A stretch of DNA of 63,659 nt, counting the filler, from Lenisia limosa (Eukaryota; Protista; Breviatea): assembly GCA_001655205.1 (NCBI GenBank). It is 15 parts of 15 records of this genome, joined end to end, with 100 filler letters (N's around TTAATTAATTAA, not from the genome) between each part and the next. Parts side by side here need not be neighbours in the genome. Positions count along the whole stretch, not along the records: positions 50,332 to 53,206 come from LPNZ01010888.1; positions 53,307 to 55,218 come from LPNZ01007168.1; positions 55,319 to 57,375 come from LPNZ01007492.1; positions 57,476 to 59,085 come from LPNZ01008863.1; positions 59,186 to 62,355 come from LPNZ01006085.1; 10 more parts are not named here. The stretch is one strand, 5' to 3'. The number at the start of each line of letters is the position of its first letter. Positions within the stretch are counted from its first letter, which is position 1. Below, piece by piece: positions 50,446 through 59,252 of this stretch. The position numbers and the translations under genes are program-made. The notes under the pieces were generated by a model. The model had not been told where the DNA came from. It did no database searches and saw only the letters and a list, made by a program, of their open reading frames with translations.

Positions 50446-53202
50446 TAGGCATAACGCCAACCTCGCATGACCTTGACTCGATACTTCATTTCGATGATAA
50501 CGGAGATGCAGATGAAGACCAGACTACAGGGTAATGGGTGGGCATAGTTTTAAAGAGTTGGTGTTCTAATAGTATCCTGCATAGATTTGACTGAACACAA
50601 TACTCCAAATTAACCCCATGTGAATTTTTGTTTCATAAATTGTCCAATAATACCCCCTCCCCACGTGATGACGATGGCAGCAATGCATATTACGATGGCA
50701 ATAGCGAAGAACGCCCAATAGAGACTGTCGCCAGTGCGCCACAGTATGAAGCCGAAAATCAGAACAAACACCGAGGATCCCTTGGGTGGTAAATCAACTC
50801 TGTTGGCTAACATATGGATACCAACGAGGGCTGAAAAAAACAAAACAACAAAGTCAGTCGCTTTTGTAGCATCCCATCAGGGGAGGGGGGGGGGGGGNNN
50901 NNNNNNNNNNNNNNNNNNNNNNNNNNNNNNNNNNNNNNNNNNNNNNNNNNNNNNNNNNNNNNNNNNNNNNNNNNNNNNNNNNNNNNNNNNNNNNNNNNNN
51001 NNNNNNNNNNNNNNNNNNNNNNNNNNNNNNNNNNNNNNNNNNGGTTAATAGCGAAAACAACATTGGCGATATATTACACTAGTACACCTAGGGCTTCAAT
51101 TCGGTTCGAATAGTTTTCGAGGATTATCGAGAAATTCAGTCTTTTTCGAACCGAAGTGAAGCCCTATGTACGCCCCATACAAGGCAGAAGTTCTCCAGGC
51201 CGTTAATTCGAACTGAGCGGTACGGTTGCGCCCACCTATTGAACACATAGGCCATGACCTGAGCAGGTTAACGGAACTCTTTGAAAACTANNNNNNNNNN
51301 NNNNNNNNNNNNNNNNNNNNNNNNNNNNNNNNNNNNNNNNNNNNNNNNNNNNNNNNNNNNNNNNNNNNNNNNNNNNNNNNNNNNGAAAAACACCTTCGAG
51401 AAGAGAATAATCAGCTGGGTGGTGAGAAGATGAAGGACGAAATGAGATGGTGTGGACGGCTTCAATATTATGACTTCAACCCATCCGACCTTTCTGGCGA
51501 TAACAACCAATTCCCAGAGGTAACACTTGTCGCTGTATCGCAAGTAAATGAGACCGCAGAGGTACACTGATGAGTCCTCGTCTAAAGAGTTGCGCCGNNN
51601 NNNNNNNNNNNNNNNNNNNNNNNNNNNNNNNNNNNNNNNNNNNNNNNNNNNNNNNNNNNNNNNNNNNNNNNNNNNNNNNNNNNNNNNNNNNNNNNNNNNN
51701 NNNNNNNNNNNNNNNNNNNNNNNNNNNNNNNNNNNNNNNNNNNNNNNNNNNNNNNNNNNNNNNNNNNNNNNNNNNNNNNNNNNNNNCGTAGATGACCAGT
51801 CCAACAATGATGGTGGGTAGAAGGTCGTACCACCAGTCGTCGTAACAGACGTGAATGGCCTCGTCTGGCATGAAGCGCGTCTCCCCATCAACTTCCTATT
51901 ATCATTAGCACTTTTGGGGGAAGTTGGGTTCACGCTACATTTCAGGTTTGCAATAGCTAGAAAAGGTCACCCGGATTTAGTTAATAGATATGTGTATTTG
52001 TATTTTTGAGGAAAATGTGAAATGAAACATGACCCCACCTTGCATTCGAAGAACGATACGAGAGTGTCCGCCAATGTGAGATACGCGATACCCAGCAGGG
52101 TGAAGTAGGCGTTGAAGGATCGACGGAGCATTTGTTTGATGTAACTTCCGGGGTCGATGTGACGCGTGGGGCACATGAACTTGGAGAAAAGCATGTAGAC
52201 AAGGAAGATGATGAAGAGGACAGCAAGCACAACGAAGAACATGAGAGGCAGCGACAGCTTCATCCACATGCGGTTCTCGAACGACATATTACCGACGGTA
52301 CATTCGGCCTGCGTTGTGAGCGGAGCGGAAAATGATAATATAACGATAAATCATCATAATTTACAAGTAGGGTTTCACTTCGGTTCGAAAAAACTCGGGA
52401 AAATATCGATAGTTTTTGAGGATTTATCGAGAAATTCAGTATTTTTCGAACCGAAGCGAAGCCCTATTTACAAGCGCAGTAAATACGATATGTTGCGAAT
52501 GGCTTCGTGCATGAACCGACCTTGACAAATTCCCAGTTGAGATTGAGGAGTTGTGACAGTTTGAACGTAAATGTCACCTGCAAAAGTTACAATGTGTTGT
52601 ACTACATGAATGTTTGTAGAACCCCCCTCTTGTGTGTTGTTGGCTGATTTGGGCTTTTTTGTTTCATAAATTGCCAATTTTACTCCCCCCCCCCCCNNNN
52701 NNNNNNNNNNNNNNNNNNNNNNNNNNNNNNNNNNNNNNNNNNNNNNNNNNNNNNNNNNNNNNNNNNNNNNNNNNNNNNNNNNNNNNNNNNNNNNNNNNNN
52801 NNNNNNNNNNNNNNNNNNNNNNNNTAAAGTAGGTAAAACAGGCGTTCCTTTCTTTTTTGCTGTACATGACCATTACAATGAACCTCTAACCAACGTCAAC
52901 AATAAAGCAAGATATTACCCCCAACTTGGATGAAGTTGAACCCAACTGTAACTGAGGCGTAGTAGGCAGCTGTAGAGTAAAGCGAATGTCAATTGTAAAT
53001 GTGCACTAAGATATCGCTACACCCTCTCTATTACAAGCACCGTATTTTAACAAAGGCACCTGTATATGACACGGAATTGTATTTCACAATATCCCCTCCA
53101 ACCAGTGTGACTCTGAGCGGTCATTCTGAGCAGAATGGCTCCGACAAGGAACACCAGGATGATCATGAGGATCAGAAGATATTTCGCGTTGTCTGGACAG
53201 AT
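50446..53202 (-). CDS. Cys-rich-ectodomain multipass receptor-like protein, TM region (partial)
   Basis: ICPDNAKYLLILMIILVFL, FNFIQVG, NLNWEFVK|AEC, FFECK, VCYDDWWYDLLP, CGLIYLRYSDKCYLWELVVIARK, QPYRSVRINGLENFCL: motifs of the protist 7TM/TRP_N-like receptor family. Confidence 0.75.
51089..51166. mobile_element. MITE family A, 78 bp
   Basis: TAGGGCTTCAATTCGGTTCGAA...TTCGAACCGAAGTGAAGCCCTA; TSD AGTACACC/TGTACGCC (6/8). Confidence 0.9.
52368..52466. mobile_element. MITE family A, 99 bp, perfect 8-bp TSD
   Basis: TSD TTTACAAG at 52360-52367 and 52467-52474. Confidence 0.94.
52620..52696 (+). repeat. Dispersed repeat family C copy ending in poly-C at a gap
   Basis: GATTTGGGCTTTTTTGTTTCATAAATTGCCAATTTTACTCCCCCCCCCCC. 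Confidence 0.72.
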
Positions 53203-53306
53203 CTGTNNNNNNNNNNNNNNNNNNNNNNNNNNNNNNNNNNNNNNNNNNNNTTAATTAATTAANNNNNNNNNNNNNNNNNNNNNNNNNNNNNNNNNNNNNN
53301 NNNNNN

Positions 53307-55206
53307 GTGAAAGGCATCCCGGAGATCCGAATTTATTACTCGGTATTGCTCGGTAGGGAGGTTGACGTGTATAACCAACAAACTTGGTCATCATCCCATA
53401 GGCCTCCAGTGTAAAATTAAACCGAAGATTTTAACACTTATGAAGTTATGGTGTTCTAAAGTGGGCTTTTCCATCCAATAACTAGGGCTTCACTTCGTTT
53501 CAAAAAAGACCGGTAAAATATCAATAGTTTCGAGGATTTATCGTGAAATTCGGTCTTTTTTTCGAACAGAAGTGAAGCCCTACCAACAATACTGAAATTT
53601 CGATGAATAATAGCATAAAAATTCTAATGACAAACCGAATAATCTGAAACTAACCCCACCATTTCTAACCCTCCAGCATTCATGATGCTCTTGGTGACCT
53701 CTCAGCAGCTGTGGAAGTCTACAGAAAAGTAAGGCAAAATAGAATATCATATGATGTGATATAGTAATATTGTATCATATAGCATGCAGAAATCTGTGTG
53801 CACATAGTTGTTGTTTTATTTCTCATCTAGTACTTATACATCATATACAGTTACCAGGATAAGTCTTGACCTATTTTCCTTGGGAAATTACATAGCAAAT
53901 CGTTCGACTTATCCTAGTCACTAGATACTATATGTTGCATATAGTATGTATTACTTTTCATTCTCACTCTCCAATTTTCCGTTCTCACCCCAAGGTTCTC
54001 TCCCTGGAAGGTTCAAACATCGAGGCTGTCGCCTGTTTAGCAGCGGAGGCATACTACCAAAGCCAGCCGGAAGTGTCCCTCAGATTCTACCGTAGATTAC
54101 TACAGGTGGAGGGGTTGAGGGGTAAGGAGGAAGAAAAACGGTGTCAGGGGGGGGGGCTCCTTCCCAGGGCTTCACTTCGTTTCGAAAAAAGACTGAATTT
54201 ATCAATGTCTTTTTCGAACCGAAGAAACCCTACTCCTTCCTCTTCATTTACCCCCCCCCCCCCNNNNNNNNNNNNNNNNNNNNNNNNNNNNNNNNNNNNN
54301 NNNNNNNNNNNNNNNNNNNNNNNNNNNNNNNNNNNNNNNNNNNNTGTTTTGATGCCCAGCAATTCGACGTCTGTCTGCACTGCTTTGATAAAGCCCTGAC
54401 CTTGAGTGGTGATGATGAAGCTGCTGACATTTGGTGGGGTTTTTTGGGGAGTTTTTGGTGGTATTTTGGAGGACGGTTAAATTTGCTAAGGGGATTGTTT
54501 TGAGAACATCTTGGGTTACCAATAGTTTTGCACAGGAATACCATAAAACCAAATTACCATACCGCGAAACCCTTTAAGAGAAATAATATACATATATAAG
54601 AAATCTAGGAAACAAACAAATACTTAGGGATACCATAAACAAATTACCATGCTTCTGAGCCCACGCTCGTTGGCGCTCATTCGAGAGAAAACGTTCTGAC
54701 CGCATCCCCAGGTACAATATTGGCCATGTTGGGATCGGAATTGGCGACCTTGGACTCGCGTATCAGGCCTTCAAGGTGGGTTCGATTCCCGCCGTCTTCA
54801 TTTTGTTTCACTTTTGGTCCAACCATCACGATTTCATTGTCTTGCTCATTTTGTTACAGAGCTATATGCATACATGTAGGTCTTCACTTCAGTTCGAACA
54901 AAGACTGATTTTTTCGATACATCCAAAACTATCTTTATTTTACCGGTCTTTTCCGAACCAAAGTGAAGCCCTACATACATGGCGTTATTTATGCTGAATA
55001 TACAATACGTTATTATCTGACGTGCTCCTTTTCTTGCATAGCTTCACAGTCTCAGATTGCGACGACCTTCAACCCCCAGCATGCAGAAGCGCACAGTAAC
55101 ATTGGCGTTCTTGACAACAGGAAAGGCAAGGCCGAAAAGGCCCTGTCTGCCTTTATGACCGCTATTGAGCTCCAGCCTGCGCTATATGAGGCTTCTTATA
55201 ACGCTG
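53307..55206 (+). CDS. TTC8: BBSome TPR subunit BBS8/TTC8 (internal fragment)
   Basis: LLLGIAR|IHDALGD...|SNIEAVACLAAEAYYQSQPEVSLRFYRRLLQ, CFDAQQFDVCLHCFDKAL..AADIW|YNIGHVGIGIGDLGLAYQAFK, HAEAHSNIGVL..KG..LYEASYN. Confidence 0.92.
53483..53582. mobile_element. MITE family A, 100 bp, in BBS8 intron
   Basis: Intact TIRs; TSD CCAATAAC/CCAACAAT (6/8). Confidence 0.92.
54165..54232. mobile_element. MITE family A, internally deleted 68-bp copy, perfect TSD
   Basis: TSD CTCCTTCC at 54157-54164 and 54233-54240. Confidence 0.9.
54877..54973. mobile_element. MITE family A, 97 bp, perfect TSD
   Basis: TSD CATACATG at 54869-54876 and 54974-54981. Confidence 0.92.
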
Positions 55207-55689
55207 GTAGGGGGCGGGNNNNNNNNNNNNNNNNNNNNNNNNNNNNNNNNNNNNNNNNNNNNTTAATTAATTAANNNNNNNNNNNNNNNNNNNNNNNNNN
55301 NNNNNNNNNNNNNNNNNNCTGTCCGTAGGGAATCTCCAAATATTGCTCATTCTGTGAAGAAGGGTTAGAAAGAGTCCCCGTCAATATTAACTAGTATGAT
55401 ATGATTTTATAGTATGATATAATAATATAAGATGAAATGATAATATAGTTATGATATTCAAATATGATATAATATGATATGATAAAATAACTAAAAATTT
55501 TAAACACAATCACCTCCCCCTCTTACTCTTTATGCAATGAAATCAAAACATGCTGTTTTTAAACACCTCCCCCCCCCCCNNNNNNNNNNNNNNNNNNNNN
55601 NNNNNNNNNNNNNNNNNNNNNNNNNNNNNNNNNNNNNNNNNNNNNNNNNNNNNNNNNNNGGGCTTCACCACCCACGTTAATACAGAAAA

Positions 55690-56169
55690 AGGGCTTCACC
55701 CAGTTGTTATTGACTTCGCACTCGTAAAGGACGGGCATGCCAATGGTGTAAGCTGTGGGGTATGAGTCGTTTTCTCTGGGTGTTTTCTTCGTGAATGATC
55801 CGAGTTTCAAGAGACTTTACTGCGGCCAAGTGCCAATTTCAAAATACAAAACGATAGCGACTTGCAAGGAGAAAAAGAGAAACAGAAGGGGAATGTAAAA
55901 GGAAACCACTTTTTTTCTCTTCAGAAGAGGTATAAAATGACACGAGAAAGATGAAGGTATTGGAGGATAGTGCAAAATGATTGACTTAATAGGAGAACTC
56001 AAGGGTTTCCACCATTTAAAATACACACAATGTGGAACTGAATAAGAGGAAACGAAAAACAACGGCGGGGTTCCCTCATCTTACCATGCTCCCGGTGTTC
56101 CGCTTCAGTTTCAGCAAAACTGAGAGTGCAGAGCGCCGATAGGGCCGCAAACAAGAGCAGCAACGCCAT
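55690..56169 (-). CDS. Hypothetical secreted protein, 5' portion
   Basis: Signal peptide MALLLLFAALSALCTLSFA-ETEAEHREH|gtaag. Confidence 0.5.
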
Positions 56170-56456
56170 GATCCCTGCCTTTCTCAGACTTGTTTTACTA
56201 AATTATGCTGTTATATATTCTCACGTAACAATATATCTATATATTTGGTCTTAATGTGGTATTGTAGTATTAGAGTGGATTTTCATTTAAATACTCCAAT
56301 CAAAAGCAATCAAATTTTAAAAATTGTGTCAGTTATTAGTTTCCTTTCATCTCCACAGAACTTAAACAAGTTTTTAATGAATAGAGAAAGCAGAAAAAAG
56401 AGAAGATGGGGAGTAAAATGAATCCACCAGTCTCAGTCTCACACAAGAATTTGTAA

Positions 56457-57343
56457 ATGCCTGAGCCGATCAAAACCTCTTTTGAGGACGTCGCACCTTC
56501 CCTTGCCACTTCCACAACCTCACGCTTAGCTAATGAGCGTGTTGAAGCAGAATGGACCGGTGGAGTGTCAGGAAGATACTCTGTCGAGGTCCTCAGACAA
56601 GCCCAGGTTAGACTTAGGGTTGGACGAACATTGTTTGTATCAAATGTGTTTTCGTTATTACCACGATCATTATCATTAGCAAACGTGATCATTATTATTC
56701 GCATGAGCATTTTCACTATCATTATCATAATTATTAATCATTATCCCTTATCATTACATTATTTATCATCTTTTCCATGAGCTATCTTGATTATTTATCA
56801 TTATCATCTCATTATCATCTCATTATCATATCATTAACAGTATTATCAGCCTTAGGATTAGCATTAGCAGTGTCATTATCATTATCATGGCATCACCGGC
56901 TTCATTATCATTCAGTGGTAGTTTTTTTTCTTTGATATTCCCGTTGTCTTGTACGTGTGTACTAATTCTAATTTTTTTATGTTCCTAGTTCAAAATACAT
57001 ACATGGGCTTTATTTGGTATCAATATTCCCAGTTCAAATACATGTCTGTAATTAATGTCTGTAATTACATACCAAACCTATAGTTTTCCTTAGTTCTATA
57101 AACGAACGTTATATGTCTTCATCAGCATTAAAGCTGCACAGAGTTGTAAGATTGGGTGAGTTATTATGATACTATAATCCAATATCTCTAATCGTGATGG
57201 TGTGGACGGCTTCGGCTGGATACAACCTTATTTATTTTTTCATTCACTGTATAAAGTTTTAAACATAACTCTTCAGTCTTCGCCGTTTGGCTGTACTAGT
57301 GCGGCAGTATCAAGGAAATCAGGGGCATGTCTCGCCACTGGTA
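56457..57343 (+). CDS. Hypothetical protein, 5' portion
   Basis: MPEPIKTSFEDVAPSLATSTTSRLANERVEAEWTGGVSGRYSVEVLRQAQ|gttag. Confidence 0.4.
56660..56910. repeat. Degenerate ATC/ATT low-complexity tract (intronic)
   Basis: Runs of ATCATT/ATTATC. Confidence 0.8.
57139..57230. repeat. Dispersed repeat family B, most complete copy
   Basis: CAGAGTTGTA...GATGGTGTGGACGGCTTCGGCTGGATACAACCTTA; imperfect GTTGTA/TACAAC inverted ends. Confidence 0.72.
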
Positions 57344-57475
57344 AGAGGAGAGTGTATGATATAATATACAATAGTNNNNNNNNNNNNNNNNNNNNNNNNN
57401 NNNNNNNNNNNNNNNNNNNTTAATTAATTAANNNNNNNNNNNNNNNNNNNNNNNNNNNNNNNNNNNNNNNNNNNN

Positions 57476-57604
57476 AGGTTTTCAGCCTGGGAATGATTAT
57501 GACGTATCATATGCAGGTTTTCAGCCTGGGAATGACTATGACGTATCATATGCAGGTTTTCAGCCTGGGAATGATTATGACGTATCATATGCAGGTTTTC
57601 AGCC
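57476..57604. repeat. 39-bp tandem repeat, 3.3 copies, at contig start
   Basis: AGGTTTTCAGCCTGGGAATGAYTATGACGTATCATATGC at 57476, 57515, 57554 and 57593 (partial). Confidence 0.92.
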
Positions 57605-57689
57605 GGAAAAGATAATAAGAGAGGAAAGAGAGGGGGAAGTGAAAATGCAGATATTGGTGAAAGCGGTGGGTGCTTTTTTCTACCGTAAC

Positions 57690-59085
57690 AACTCCCCTCA
57701 CCACCAAGGCCCCATGAGCAATCTTCTTCTCTTGCAATAAAGATTCAAGCTCTTCAATGCGTGCAGCCTGAAAGTTCAGTTCAGTTCAGTTCAGTTCAAA
57801 TATAAATGTTCAGTTCAACTCTTAAAGATCATTTCAAATAATGCAATACACTGACAGTGATAAGTCCTGACACGAATATTGAGCTTGATATTTAGTCAAT
57901 CGTGTCAAGACTTATCGCGGCCACCGAATATTGACCCCTTCCTTATGAATATCCGTCATGGAAAAAATGCATTAAGGCCCCTTTCGGTTCCTAAATCTAT
58001 CATTACCCCCCCCCCCCCNNNNNNNNNNNNNNNNNNNNNNNNNNNNNNNNNNNNNNNNNNNNNNNNNNNNNNNNNNNNNNNNNNNNNNNNNNNNNNNNNN
58101 NNNNNNNNNNNNNNNNNNNNNNNNNNNNNNNNNNNNNNNNNNNNNNNNNNNNNTCGGCGATCTGATCGGCGATCGCATGAGGGCTTTTTGGGCGAGGTTT
58201 TGCGAGGGGTGTGGAGCAGACCTCGCAGCCATTTGGCCTTGCATTTGTTGTATGTTCTGCATTGGCGGGTTCATTTGCATGTTCTGGGCTTGTGGCGAGG
58301 GGTAGGACGGTGTCTGCTGCATTTGTTGCATTTGTTGCATTTGTTGCATTTGTTGCATTTGTTGCACGTTCTGCTGGCTTCGGCCTTGTTGACCAGGGGT
58401 GCCACTAGAAGTCGGTCCGGATATATCGGGAAACGCGGGGTTGAAAGGGACCAAAAAGTCGGCCGGCGTGGACTGTCGGCGACCGGAGGGCGTGAGCTTG
58501 TCGGGATGCAGCACGGGCATGCTGTGTGTGCGGTGGCGGGGGGAGTCGAGGTCTGTTGGTGTGGGGGGNNNNNNNNNNNGGGTCTGTCTGCATATATTTA
58601 AAAGCGGCTAGACAGCATATTAGGGCTTCACATCGGTTCGAAAAAAGACTGAATCTCTCGATAAATCCTCGAAAACTATCGATATTTTACTGGTCTATTT
58701 CGAACCGTGAATCCCTTTCATCTCCACAAGACCCCTCATCAATTAGGCTCACTTAGAAAAATCAAGAGAGTCACGGAGAGGAAAGCCAAAGGAGAAGACA
58801 ATTTTAACGGGAAAACCCAAATAGAAAATATTACTGGGATTAAAGAAAGGAGAAAGTAATATTAAAAAAAACAGATGAATTAGAAATAACCAAGAACAAA
58901 AGCAGAAAAAAAAAACTGTGCAAAACCAAACAAGCATACTGAGTGGTCTTTGAATCTGATATGATATTCTGAATAAACGCTGGTAACTGTCCGCTCGAAG
59001 CCTGATTAAGGGGCTGTTGGGGCTGCAGATGGGGGCTAGTCAGGGGTGACGTCATGGCATTGATGGGCTCGATGTTGTTGGCTCG
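57690..59085 (-). CDS. Gln/Met/Pro-rich low-complexity protein (partial)
   Basis: QQNVQQMQQMQQMQQMQQMQQTPSYPSPQAQNMQMNPPMQ (9-bp CAAATGCAA repeat); downstream coiled-coil-like AARIEELESLLQEKIA. Confidence 0.6.
58621..58717. mobile_element. MITE family A copy, intronic
   Basis: TAGGGCTTCACATCGGTTCGAAAAAAGACTGAATCTCTCGATAAATCCTCGAAAACTATCGATATTTTACTGGTC. Confidence 0.85.
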
Positions 59086-59252
59086 NNNNNNNNNNNNNNN
59101 NNNNNNNNNNNNNNNNNNNNNNNNNNNNNTTAATTAATTAANNNNNNNNNNNNNNNNNNNNNNNNNNNNNNNNNNNNNNNNNNNNATGTTTAGATAAATC
59201 TTCGAAAACTATCGATATTTTCCCGAACCGAAGTGAAACCCGAGGAACATAC

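Noticed and set aside
51072-51180. MITE A as an introner (element forming the whole intron)
   Set aside because: All copies examined sit inside larger introns or intergenic DNA. Here the MITE plus TSDs nearly fills an apparent intron, but removing it leaves ordinary intron sequence running into the gap rather than an open exon
57476-57604. 39-bp repeats (also 6019-6134) as CRISPR arrays
   Set aside because: Head-to-tail units with no unique spacers, no cas genes, and a eukaryotic context
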